A stretch of DNA of 46,205 bases, from positions 219,120 through 265,324 of the forward strand of contig NMRA01000579.1 in assembly GCA_002633005.1 (NCBI GenBank). Direction: 5' to 3'. Positions 10,901 through 19,620 of the stretch are shown piece after piece (positions within the stretch are counted from its first letter, which is position 1; each line of letters starts with the position of its first letter). The notes below the pieces were generated by a model that saw only the letters and a list, made by a program, of their open reading frames with translations, searched no databases and was not told the origin of the DNA. Source of the DNA: Phoronis australis (lineage: Eukaryota; Animalia; Phoronida). The translations under genes and the position numbers were made by a program.

Positions 10901-12336
10901 AGGGAAGGCATAACAATCACAGACTTGTACAGATGTCGCTTAATGACAGCTCTTTGTCGCTCCGTGAGGGAACTAGACGCAGCTAACTTCTCCAGAGTCT
11001 TCTTGGGCAGTTGTAAGATGTCGGATTTTGCTGAGAGTCCCAGGTTGTTTTTTTCTGCCACTGTAAATAAGGGCACCTCGTTAGCGAAATCCCAGGTCAT
11101 TAATTTAACGGGTTCAAGTCGAGGATTAGTCTTTGGTCTGGATGCTTTTTTGCGAATAGATGGCTTTGCGAAATCTTTACCGTCATTGATGACCAGGGAA
11201 GCATGTTTCAGAATTGCAACATTTGCCACACATTTTCTATTGGCATCTCGACTATTCTCCACTGACATCTGCCTCATACCGTTTGTCACAGCCTCCTTAA
11301 CAATCTTACGACTGGCCTCGCTGATAATCATCGTTTCCACTACATTTTCAACTATTGACTTGCTGATATTTGCGAGCCACTCATTGTGCGCATGCTTCAC
11401 GCACTGTTCCACCGTCAGTTTGGCCACTTCTTGCATGATGGGGGGTCCAGATTTGTCTTTGACAGGGACTGCTGCAAGTCCAGGGCCAGTCTTCGGTGTG
11501 ATTGCTTTGGTTAGCAGGGAGGGACTAACATGTGGTTCCAGCAGGGATGAAGTGTCTTTCTCAACAAATGAAGCCTGGCAGTTCTTGCCGGCCCCAATTA
11601 CAGTAATCATTGGGCAGTAAGAGTGCGCCGATGCTTTGTGCTTCAATCTCGTAGACGGGTGTGGATTTGCCGAGCCATGATCGTCCTCGCTGATTAGGGT
11701 AGCATGCACACATCTCGCACGGGCATCACGGCCCTTCTCTACTGACAGCTGCACCAGACTGCTAGCCACAACCTCCTTCACAATCGTGCGACTGGCTTCG
11801 CTGATAATTGAGCTTTTCACGATTTCTTGAACGAGAGATTTGCTGATGTTAGCGAGCCACTCACTGTGCGCATGCTCCACGCACTGTTCCACCGTCTGTT
11901 TGGCCAGTGCTTTTAGACGTTGGTCTGATGCACCCATGTTTTCGTCAGACTCGCCCTCGATGGATGCACTCTTTGGTGTAGTGATCGACTCGGCCACATT
12001 GGAACATGGAACGTCACTTGTCCCGTCATTCTTCTTACGATCATTGCAGATGGCAGTGGCTGGTGCATTGCTGTTACCCTTCTGACTGCTGCCCCGCTTT
12101 TTACGTCTACCCGAGGCCTTGCCATCCTTGTCCGGCATCATACCGTCAATTTCTGCCTGAAAGCTACTGATCTGATCTAGCATTGCATACAGCTGACTAG
12201 TAGTTTCTTCAGGCAACTGGCTCAAGTCAGATTTTGCAGACAAACCTAAGGAGTTTTTCAACTTACACAAGCGTTCTGCTTCTGACGGAGGATCATATGT
12301 GACTTTTCTCTTGGAACGCTTGTCTCTGCGGCCCAT
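1915..12336 (-). CDS. Giant uninterrupted ORF, 3473-aa protein of unknown function with hierarchical internal repeats and five copies of a conserved 59-aa helical module
   Basis: 10,422 nt without a stop in AT-rich DNA. Start context on the minus strand is aacaaacaATGG (A at -3, G at +4). Repeat anchor gtcatcagc(g/t)gacggtggacg occurs at 2401, 3586, 6010, 8437 and 10822; the spacings 1185/2424/2427/2385 are all multiples of 3. Basic NLS-like patches: MGRRDKRSKRK, GRRKKRG, GKRKW. Confidence 0.85.
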   Translation of the reverse strand: MGRRDKRSKRKVTYDPPSEAERLCKLKNSLGLSAKSDLSQLPEETTSQLYAMLDQISSFQAEIDGMMPDKDGKASGRRKKRGSSQKGNSNAPATAICNDRKKNDGTSDVPCSNVAESITTPKSASIEGESDENMGASDQRLKALAKQTVEQCVEHAHSEWLANISKSLVQEIVKSSIISEASRTIVKEVVASSLVQLSVEKGRDARARCVHATLISEDDHGSANPHPSTRLKHKASAHSYCPMITVIGAGKNCQASFVEKDTSSLLEPHVSPSLLTKAITPKTGPGLAAVPVKDKSGPPIMQEVAKLTVEQCVKHAHNEWLANISKSIVENVVETMIISEASRKIVKEAVTNGMRQMSVENSRDANRKCVANVAILKHASLVINDGKDFAKPSIRKKASRPKTNPRLEPVKLMTWDFANEVPLFTVAEKNNLGLSAKSDILQLPKKTLEKLAASSSLTERQRAVIKRHLYKSVIVMPSLEQLANIHTALNKTTTTVHTRPPSADDVITKLQLDLPTAKSARQVVVPVKIKHKVSVFQSSSNLTGGESDSRMIPSVKIHNSNPKATQLSVSGVNPTQIGNKICDERLDDPSVRNSVNEVKSDKVRVDKSSAAMIQQPTSLQRMHVDNGKIIKNGSRRQSILKAETFSPALKLKTLVADSVEMKASNDTLCNGVRECPQLTVQLPFCDHKVKALMSNTIAEKTSDNILNNCSGEHSQPSVQSSSLDHTLKALMSDCMEEEIIASISSNRTIEKPLHRSVLTCSFEQKLTASKYDRLEEKVSDNSLENGTRGRQQISVRVHTIADVDFTSVADKTQVTVPLNCFDNIQSAESEEKVPLQQRDDEQRKLRAAKYRLGMLNIQNSCQIGTQLFLSVVNYPTQRSKEMNMLVLNHVDEEQSVRFNVDPSITNIIQQLFSVQWKCFDVTRGMAKGNCPQKMLKAETSFGGHELKIWMSYSVEKEVINRPLKNYTRERKRAQISPRGQNLASFMSGKTEENVTDNTLSNPTRERLQPKERISSRDQALRVLMSNSIEKNVIYNDSCIVTRDRPLPTVKTSLRDQKLKILMFSGIVEDVNESSLDNGTRERQQSTVRTQKMSEAETTFRIKKPQAVVSRTCFNQIQGGVNESKEQLQKRECGQKTAVVSDLKTISCVNVQRNSRDQDVVSSNKGETGAQPILRFNTHDIERARNHTLTSVQRDDGRTVNVENLVKLKTWDFAKTVPLFTVAEKNRLGLSAKSDIFQLPKKTLEKLAVSSSLTEQQRAVIKRHLYKTVFVMPSLEQLVNRHTALNRTATTVHTRPPSADDVITKLQLDLPIAKTDRGHGNKFQNSRQVAVPLKIKHKVPVFQSSSNLIGGVSDSTMIASVKIQNSNSNTTQLSVSGVNPTGVGNKICDERLDDPSVRNSVNEVKSNKVHVDKSSATVIQQPTSLQWMHADNGKDMTNANRRHSLLKAETFSPTLKLKTLMVHSVEMKASNDNSCNRVRKCPHLSVQLPFCDHQVKALMSNTIAEKTSDNTLNNSTGGHLQPTVQSSSLGHTLNVFMSDCMEEEIIASVSSNRTIERPLHRSVLTRSFEQKLTASKYDRLEENVIDISLENGTRGRQQISVRVHTIADVDFTSVVDKTQIVMTLNYFDNIQSAENEMKEHLQQNVCQQRLLRAGGTRQGMLNVQNSYPTGTQLSLSAVNYPRQLETRRRKDMNLLVLHSVDEEQSMRFNVDPSITNMSHQPICVQWKYFDVTRGMANGNCPQKMLKAESSFGCHELKIWMSYSVEEEVIHRLLKNYTRERQRARISSRGQNLESFMSGNTEENVTNNTLSNATREPSQPKVRISSSDQALRVLMSNSIEKNVIYNDSCIDTRDRTLPTVKTSLRDQKLKILMFAGIVEDVNENTLDHGTRERQQSTARTQKMSEAETTFRINKPQAVLSRTCFNHIQGGENEIKEHLQKRERGQKTTVVSDLRTIRYMNVRRSSRDQDVVSSNKGETGAQPILRFNAHDIERARNHTLTSVQRDDGRTVNVETLVKLKTWDFAKTVPLFTVAEKNRLGLSAKSDIFQLPKKTLEKLAVSSSLTEQQRAVIKRHLYKTVFVMPSLEQLVNRHTALNRTTTTVHTRPPSADDVITKLQLDHPTAKTARGHGNKLQITRQVAAPLKIKRKVPAFQSSSNLTGGVSESRMIPSVKIQNKNPKATQLSVSGVNPTGVGSKICREGLDNPSVRNSVNEEKSNKVHVDKSGAPMAQQPTSLQRMHFVNGKEMTNANRRHSLLKAETFSPALKLKTLRADSVEMKASNDTLCNGVRECPQLSVQLPFCDHKVKALMSNTIAEEPTDNTLNSTGEHLQPTVQSSSLGPKLKVFMSDCMEEEIIASVSSNRTIEKPLHRSVLTCSFEQKLTASKYDRLEENVIDNSLENGTRGRQQISVRVHTIADVDFTSVVDKTQIAMTLNYFDNIQSAENEMKEHLQQNDCEQRLLRAGGTRQGMLNVQNSYPTGTQLSLSAVNYPRQLGTRRRKDMNLLVLHSVDEEQSMRFNVDPCITNMSQLPLFVQWKYFDGTRGMENGNCPQKMLKAETSFGCHELKIRMSYSVEEEVINRLLKTYTRERQRVQISSCGQNLESFISGNTEENVTNNTLSNATRERLQPKVRISSRDQALRVLMSNSIEKNLIYNDSCIVTRDRPLPTVKTSLRNQNLKILMFAGIVEDVNENTLDNCTRERQQSTARTHKLSEAETTFRINKPQAVLSRTCFNHIQGGENEIKEHLQKRERGQKTAVVPDLRTISCVNVQISSRDQDVVSSNKGETGARPILRFNTHDIERARNHTLTSVQSDDGRTLTVENLVKLKTWDFAKTVPLFTVAEKNRVGLSAKSDIFQLPKKTLEKLAVSSSLTEQQRAVIKRHLYKSVFVMPSLEQLVNRHTALNTTITTAHTRPPSADDVITKLQLAHPTAKTARGHGNKLQISRQVAAPLKIEHKVPAFQSSNYLTGGVLDSRMIPSMKIQNSNPKPTHFSVSGVNPTGVGSKICRERLDNPSVQNSVNEVKSNKVHLDKSSAPMVQQPTSLQRMHFDNGKEMTNVNRRHSLLKAETFSPALKLKTLMADSVEMKASNDTSCNGVRECPQLSVQLPFCDHKVKALMSNTIANESSDNSLNNSTGEHPQPTVQSSSFGHTLKALMSDCMQEEIIASVSSNMTIEKPLHRSVLTCCFEQKLTASKYDRLEEKVSGNSLENGTRGRQQMKGKLKTWNFAKTVPLFTVAEKNSLGLSAKSSIFELPKKTLEKLAVSSSFTEQQRAVIKRHLHKSVIVMPSLEQLVNRHTALNRTTTTVHTRPPSADDVITKLQLDVPAAKSARGHGNKLQISQQVAVPLKITHKVPVFQSSSNLTGGVPDSRMIPSVKIQNSNPNTRQLYASGVNPAEVGEHPQLSAGKRKWPEDSSSIRLRTISCVNIQRSSRDHDVVSSNNNFLFCFVLFCFVLFCLHHDLHSDLSFCTNTLRSCP
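1980..2020 (+). repeat. (AAAAC)n microsatellite inside the 3' end of the ORF
   Basis: About 7 copies of aaaac, translated on the minus strand as FLFCFVLFCFVLFCL. Confidence 0.95.
2040..11110 (-). repeat. Coding tandem array: three full ~2.4-kb (795-809 codon) units plus two internally deleted C-terminal units
   Basis: Near-identical blocks recur at the anchors above. The 59-aa module (K/M)TW(D/N)FA..VPLFTVAEKN.LGLSAKS.I..LPKKTLEKLA.SSS.TE.QRAVIKRHL.K lies at 10924-11100, 8539-8715, 6112-6288, 3688-3864 and 2503-2679. Confidence 0.97.
11220..11915 (-). repeat. Two copies of a ~70-aa helical-looking N-terminal repeat, 480 nt (160 codons) apart
   Basis: AKQTVEQCVEHAHSEWLANISKSLVQEIVKSSIISEASRTIVKE versus AKLTVEQCVKHAHNEWLANISKSIVENVVETMIISEASRKIVKE. 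The DNA anchor gcactgttccaccgtc occurs at 11881 and 11401. Confidence 0.9.
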
Positions 12337-12351
12337 TGTTTGTTATTTGAT

Positions 12352-12429
12352 CTGCAAGCACATTAAACGGATTAGTTTTTAGTGTCGCAAACAAGATATA
12401 GAGTAGGCCATACAAAGTAAATATTTTAC
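12352..12429 (-). other. Putative 78-nt 5'-UTR intron; the acceptor lies 15 nt upstream of the ATG
   Basis: Minus strand reads AG|gtaaaa...actaat(branch-like, 12371-12376)...tttaatgtgcttgcag|atcaaataacaaacaATG. The acceptor is more convincing than this particular donor. Confidence 0.45.
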
Positions 12430-12669
12430 CTCTTTTGAACATATCTTATGTGCTCTGGTATAAGCCCACGCGCAGATATAAGTACTCATGCTTTGGATTA
12501 TTCCCGGCTATGAGCCCACTACTGTCGTATTAGCCAAAATCGAATTTCCTCACATCTCGCGTTCAACTTCAGCCTATCAAACATCTTGGCAAAAAATGTG
12601 ACAAAGCAGTGTAAGTAATTTGGGAACGATACGGCTAAATGAGTTTGGTTCGCTCCTCACGTTAGCAAT

Positions 12670-15600
12670 TATTGGAGGGTGTCATGGGATAATTCTCGCT
12701 CGACGTCATGCATCAGAAAATGCCGTTAAACTTTTTCACTATACGAGGCTTTCCATAGAAACGAAAAAGGCCAAAATGCAAACAAAAATTCTTCATCACT
12801 TTGGAATAGGATTAGGTAGATGCATAATACTCGCCAGCAACGTTTTTTGTATTACAACAACTTAATAAAATTTTAACAAAACTTTTATCTAGTTTGTTGA
12901 AAAGAGTCATTAATGTGACAAAGAGTGCGATTTGGTGTTTCCTGAAATTGTAAACTAGGAACCTCCTTTAACTGTTTTATCTTCCGGCATCTTTGCCGTC
13001 AACATATTCGTCACAGAACTGGGACGTTTCGAAAACTATTCAGGTTAATAGGTGCAACAGGCAAATTACCATGTTTCGTAAATATTTTGAATCAAAAATT
13101 GATGATTTACGTTCATTTTACATATACTAATTACAACAAAACTCCAACACAAGACTCATTCAATTCATCGTACCCTGCCTGCGATAAAGGTACATGATAT
13201 TCTATGTTGCACGTATTGCTGAGCATAAGCTTTTTAATCACAAAATGGTTAAATGTAATTAAAATTGCTACTTATTACAAAATTCACAGCTTTGCCACTC
13301 TAAAGTGATGCAAAAATTACGCAAGCAAAGGTTTTTGTATTGCCAAAATGTTTCGCAAATCTGGTTGTTTACGTGGTGTGCATATTCGTGGTGATGTAAA
13401 AAAACTTTTGCAATTATGTGCAGAATACAACCACTGTAAACGGCTTGGAACGTAATATTTTTAAGTTAATAGAATGCGCGTGCACAATTTAGGACCCCTA
13501 AATCACACTACCCGTTACTGGCATTTCAAACATTTGTCAAAATCACTAAAATCGCATTACTTTTCAGTTGCCAACACGATATAAATATACTATGGGACAT
13601 TTCAAAATCGTGAAATACTATTTACCCCATTCCAAGTTTGGAGGTCTCTATTACAAATATCACGTTTTTGCATGTTTCCGTTTGTATGAAAACGCACGAC
13701 CGACGAAAGAGTATAAAATCATCTGTGGCATTAGGTGTTTTCTGAAGCGCTAAGTCTAGAGCTGGTACCCGCCAATAGTTACCAACCAGAGGGGTGAACC
13801 AAAGCAAAAACCAAAGAACAACGAATGCGTCATACTATCCTATTGTCTTGTACACTAAATGTCCGGTACAAACACAACACTGTATAAACACACCTCTATT
13901 TTTAGAGCTCTCAGTTTGTACCAGAGCGGACATGGTAATACAGTGCAACTGATGTAACATAGACCTCCCAACAACTGTCTAGAAATATGGAAAGGTTAAG
14001 AAAAGGGGATGAGTTAACACAGCTATCACTAGATATAATACACGTTATCTGCTGAACTCATAATTATTATCAGAAAAGGAATGGCGGACGCACAAACAGT
14101 GCTACGTATTGTTACTAAAGAGTACTGAGATATTGTTTAATAAGCAATAATTGTTTGGCACAGATAAAAATGACAAAACATATTAAATTCAAAAAATTGA
14201 AAGTCATCCATGTTGCTAGGTTATTCATTCAAATAATCAAGGAAGTGGTTATGGCGGAAAAATACAAAGCAAGCCACCTTATCACAGCACTCAGGACGNT
14301 ATTGGCGGGGATAATTCTCGCTCGACGTCATGCATCAGAAAATGCCGTTAAACTTTTTCACTATACGACTGGGCTTTCCATAGAAACGAAAAAGGCCAAA
14401 ATGCAAACAACAATTCTTCATCACTTTGGAATAGGATTAGGTAGATGCATAATACTCGCCAGCAACGTTTTTTGTATTACAACAACTTAATAAAATTTTA
14501 ACAAAGCTTTTGTCTAGTTTGTTGAAAAGAGTCATTAATGTGACAAAGAGTGCGATTTGGTGTTTCCTGAAATTGTAAACTAGGAACCTCCTTTAACTGT
14601 ATTATCTTCCGGCATCTTTGCCATCAACATATTCTTCGCAGTACTGGGACGTTTCGAAAACTATTCAAGTTAATAGGTACAACAGGCAAATTACCATGTT
14701 TCGTAAATATTTTGTAACAAAAATGGGTGACTTACGTTCATTTAATATATACTAATTACAACAAAACGCCAACATAAGACTCATTCAATTCGTCGTACCC
14801 TGCCTGTGATAAAGGTACACGATATTCCTTGTTGCACGTATTGCTGAGCATAACGCTTTTTAATCATAACATGATTACATGTAAATAAAATTGCTACTTA
14901 TAACAAAATTCACAGCTCTGATACTCTAAAGTGATGCAAAAATTACGCAAGAAAATTTTTTTGTATTGCCAAAATATTTCGCAAATCTGGTTGTTTACGT
15001 GGTGTGCATATTCATGGTGATGTAAAAAGACTTTTGCCATTGTGTGCAGAATACAACCAGTGCAAACGGCTTGGAACGTAATATTTTTAAGTTAATAGAA
15101 TGCGCGTGCACAATTTAGGACCCCTAAATCACACTACCCGTCACTGGCATTTCAAAAATTTGTCAAAATCACTCAAGTCGCATTACTTTTCAGTTGCCAA
15201 CACGATATAAATGTACTATGGGACATTTCAAATTCGTGTAATACTATTTACCCCATTCCAATCCAAAGTTATGGAGGTCTCTATTACAAGTATCACGTTT
15301 TTGCATATTTCCGTTTGTATGAAAACGCACGACCGACGAAAAAGTATAAAAATATCTCTGGCATTAGGTGTTTTCTGAAGCGCTAAGTCTAGAGCGGGTA
15401 CCCGCCAATAGTTACCAACCAGAGGGGTGAACCAAATCAAAAACCAAAGAACAACGAATGTGTCATACTATCCTATTGTCTTGCACACTAAATATCCGGT
15501 ACAAACACAACACTGTATAAACCCACCTCTATTTTTAGAGCTCTCAGTTTGTACTAGAGCGGACATGGTAATACCATGCAACTGATGTAACATAGACCTC

Positions 15601-15927
15601 CCAACAACTGTCTAGAAATATGGAAAGGTTAAGAAAAGGGGCACAGTTAACACAGCTAGCACTAGATGTAATACACGTTATCTGTTGAACTCGTAATTAT
15701 TATCAGAAAAGGAATGGCGGACGCACAAACGGTGCTACGTATTGTTACTATAGAGTACTGAGATATTGTTTAATAAGCAATAATTGTTTGGCACAGATAA
15801 AACGACAAAACATATTAAATTAAAAAAATTGAAAGTCATCCATGTTGCTAGGTTACTCATTCAAATAATTAAGGAAGTGGTTATTGCTGAAAAATACAAA
15901 CCAGGACCTTATCACAGTACTCAGGAC
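12670..15927. repeat. Direct tandem duplication of ~1.63 kb (12670-14297 and 14300-15927) joined at an N
   Basis: gggataattctcgctcgacgtcatgcatcag at 12686 and 14308. Both copies end cttatcacag(c/t)actcaggac. They differ by scattered SNPs and small indels, and an N sits at 14299. Confidence 0.95.
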
Positions 15928-17119
15928 TTGACACGAAAATTGACCAATTCATTCTCACGCTTCCCGTAAACGTACAACTTTGTACTCGGGTAGAGCGGAG
16001 TGTTTGGATAAGTTTCGAATCAGAGTCGAGGACAATTTCGAAAATTAGACCCTACGAATCTATGTCTTGAATGATACACAAGCGAAAGCAGGGGTTCATT
16101 AACACATTCACAAAACTATTGAGATATCGCAGCTTTAACAATGGCAGAGAAATGGTATTTTGTTCCATCGATGGCGTAACTGCTAAGCAATGGTAATAGA
16201 TACATGCATACATGCCGTTTTTGTTAACTCTGCTTCCTTCAAAGGAAACTAATACCTTTCTGAAGACCATTTTGGACAAAACTGGCATAAACTTCTCAGT
16301 TGGTGAATAAAATGAACAAATAGTAGCAGGCTCTCAACAAGTTAGCCTTTCCCTTCTCTAATAACTTTGCTCAATGACTGAGACGCCCGCAGATTTTCAG
16401 AGTCAGAACCGTTGCATAAACAATTGCCTTAGACATCATGCCAAACTGTTTATTTTGTTTTCATGGAAATTTACTAAAAGGTATCGAAGTACGTTTTAGT
16501 GTAAGCAAACGTGCCACATTGACCAAAAGCGCCTTAAAAGGCAACATTGCCCTTTAATGGTTATTTCTGACCGCTATCTCCTACTTTTCTCCTCATTTCA
16601 GTGGTTGAAGGATGAACACGTGGCCATCTTTGACACCTAAAAATAAAGAGAAACAATATTTAATGGTAGTAACATTTTCTTTTACAAAAAGAAGAGTTTA
16701 AGAAATGAAATGTTAAAATGTACAAATCACGATCACAGATACATTTAATAGCTTCGAAAAAAACAACTCAAGTTTTTTAAATAGCCACTGCGTTTAGCAA
16801 CAAAAACACATACGTTAGCACAACATTTGTTTTACCTCATTCTATGTAAACAATATGGAACCATCAAATCTTGCCACTGTAACTTTCTTTCAGTGAATCA
16901 TAGACCAAGACTTACAACAACAAAAACACGTTCACTACAATACTAACCATTATATCGTGTTGCTTCTTTAAAACGCAGCCCATGGTGTCAAAGAGAAGTC
17001 ATTGTGTCATCCATCAGCCTGAAAAATCTAACTGATACGATTAACGTGATAATCTGTTAAAATTTTGATCAATAACGAAAATGGATGTTTCTACGCTTAA
17101 TTCAAGGTCTTTACTGGAT

Positions 17120-17320
17120 ATATCTAGATCTCGACAGGTGGAATTGTTGGGAGGCCTACGTAGCATATTACACTGTCTCCGTCATGAGTGATCCCATAAT
17201 GCCACAAGGAAATACAAGAACTATTAGTTAAGCTGCAAGAAAACCCAGATTTTGTCAAAAATAACTTTTGTTTAGACCACTCATGTTATAAAATTGGTCT
17301 CAGAATAGAGGTGGTTTATG
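17120..17320 (-). repeat. Diverged inverted copy of a dispersed repeat also present in the 1.63-kb duplication (~13880-13990 and ~15520-15620)
   Basis: The reverse complement contains aaaccacctctatt and tag(g/a)cctcccaacaa in the same order as 13886-13975. Confidence 0.4.
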
Positions 17321-18628
17321 GGATTGCGAACAACTGGTAGTTTGTTACTGCTGAACGTCAGAATCAACTTATTGGCTTGTCATGTCTGTTTATTTCATAG
17401 GCCGAGCATATGGTCACTAACCACGTGCCATTTACTCTCAAACCCAAAATTCAGTCCTCATCAGAGTTAGAAACACGAAAGACCAGCAGTAGATTGAAGC
17501 AAATCAGTCTCAGTGATTTAATTAAGGTGTTTCCTTGATAGAAGGCACGCTTACATCAACTTAAATTTTATTTTAAGAGAAAGACCTGACACCGTGAAAC
17601 GAGTGCTCTCTATGCAAACTAGCCAAAATCAAGTTACAAAGTGGTATGTACAAATTCAACTTGCTCATAGAGTATCGTAACACATGTGAACTATTGTTAA
17701 TTTGAATTTGATTTTTTCCTGGTGCTCTCTTTTCCGTTGCTGATGTTCCAGTCTGCCAAAATTGTTTAAAATGACTTCTTATCAAAGCCAGTCCACCGAC
17801 ACCTTAATGAGTGGAAGAGTAAGTTTGGACAACAACGATTCAGTGAGTGCGCCTTGAATTTGTGTCATTTCTTTGACAAATAACTTTGTCTTTTTCGAGG
17901 AATGGCAGTTTGTTTCGTTGGCTGTTAACGCAGACCCGTATAACGATGAACGGTTCTCATATCTTGGACTTAAAATTGGACAGAAATTTGAATCAAACAA
18001 GTCAAGTCTTACCTAGCTACAAATACGTTAAACCGCCGTTCCTTGTTCGCTAAGATTTTCTTCAATTTCTTGAAATTTCTTCAACTTTTTAAAAATCGCC
18101 TTTATGATTTCTTGACTATAATTGTCAGGATAAAATTTGATCAAAGATGACGTCAAAATGTTTGCGCGCTAAAACATAGTACTAGAATGAAGAAGACAAA
18201 ACAAACGAACGTTTGACTTTATTTTCAAAGAAATAGAGTTTTAGAAAGGAAATCATGCAACAGCTTTTAAATTTTCATGTTTATTTCAAAGTTTGGGGAA
18301 TGCTTCATAGTAACCAAAATTAAACTACTTAGTTTTGTCATTAATTATTACGCGTCTTTCAGCGTAATCAGCTCTGTGTGACGTATTGCTTTTTCGAAGT
18401 GCCGCTTCCAATCAAAATCGTAAGATCACGTTTTCACAAAAATGACGTTCTTTTCATTGTTATAGATTTGTGTTAAGACCTCTCATCGAGATAGTTATTG
18501 TGACCAATTAAGCTCAAGTTAATAATTCAAAATTTTTCATTTTTAACTCCACCATTTGAGAAAATAAATTTTGTGAACGTAAACAATAGAATTATTGCAA
18601 ATCCGTCACACTGGCGTTTGGGCTACAG

Positions 18629-19064
18629 TGCCCAGTTGCATGAAACAGTCCCAGATAGGGATTCAATTAAGGTTCCTAAATCCACTGCGTATTTCCGGGC
18701 TTGTGAAAACACTGATTGTCCTATCTTATGCTGTTTGAATATCATTACTACGCCAATTTTTGGCTTTGATAGAAATCGAGAGTGAAATCTAAATTGAATT
18801 CTAAATGTTAATGAAAATAAGTAGGGATCTTTTCATGCAACGCCCCCAATTTCAGGAGTAAGTCCCTGACTTTTTTGATGGAATTTAGGGCTCAGTTTTT
18901 AGTTACATTATTAGAAAATGTCGTTAGTCAAAGAAGAGCTCATAATAAAGATTAAATTATAGAAAAAATATTACACCTGTACCTAAAGAACGAAACAAAT
19001 ACGAAAAAGATTTAGGGACCTTAGTAGAGTCCCTATTTGGGACTGTTTTGATGCAACCCGGGCA
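18629..19064. mobile_element. Non-autonomous DNA transposon (MITE), probably PIF/Harbinger-type, 436 bp
   Basis: ~55-bp imperfect TIRs: left tgcccagttgcatgaaacagtcccagatagggattcaattaaggttcctaaatc; right (reverse complement) tgcccgggttgcatcaaaacagtcccaaatagggactctactaaggtccctaaatc. 3-bp TSD CAG at 18626-18628 and 19065-19067; CWG TSDs are known for some Harbingers. Confidence 0.8.
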
Positions 19065-19364
19065 CAGGGCCCTCACTGACGTCACGGATAGCGTGTGAAC
19101 CCCCCAGCCAGTCTATAGGATCTGTCCAGGAGACAACCTTTTCAGATCTTCTTGGGCATATCCGGCACCCACAGTGTTCTCACTGATCAGACTAAATTTG
19201 AGCGTGTTGGATGGGCAATGCCGTTTAAATCGTTATGTTCCGAATGAGAATCCAACGTGTTTTGTTTTCTTGCTTACTTTTCGCGGCTTATTAGACGAAT
19301 GTGGCCACAACTGTACTAGTGAATAATGTAGTCATTTTTTACATGAAACTTCTCAAGAGCATTG

Positions 19365-19620
19365 TAGCCAGATAATAAGCGTGGTAGTTTTTAAAATGAG
19401 TTTTGTTTTATTGTTCTGTTTGTGTACTGGCCCATAGCACTTGATTGACATGACACATGATGCCAGAACAATGATGATGTTTGCAAATAATATTAGGGAA
19501 CATTCTAAAATATTGTGCTAGTGATCAATATAATTTGGAACATTCTAGAGCCTATAGTATATTATGTTTGTAGAATGATTGGTAGATTCCGTAATGTTCT
19601 AGAAATTTGGGCTTGAATTC
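19365..19620 (+). mobile_element. Degenerate LTR fragment related to the solo LTR at 42535-43299, in opposite orientation
   Basis: Shares atgtttgtagaatgattgg(g)tag.ttcc, ggaa.attctagag, ttgattg.catgac and gcttgaatt in colinear order with the reverse complement of 42980-43260. Confidence 0.6.

Noticed and set aside
2140-12085. Many plus-strand ORFs (up to 292 aa at 10742-11620) antisense to the giant ORF
   Set aside because: Shadow frames of the repeated coding sequence. They recur with the repeat period, mostly start at non-ATG codons, and have no independent gene signals.
12620-15969. Paired short ORFs within the 1.63-kb duplication
   Set aside because: Similar only because the DNA is duplicated. 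Starts and frames differ between copies, and one spans the N.
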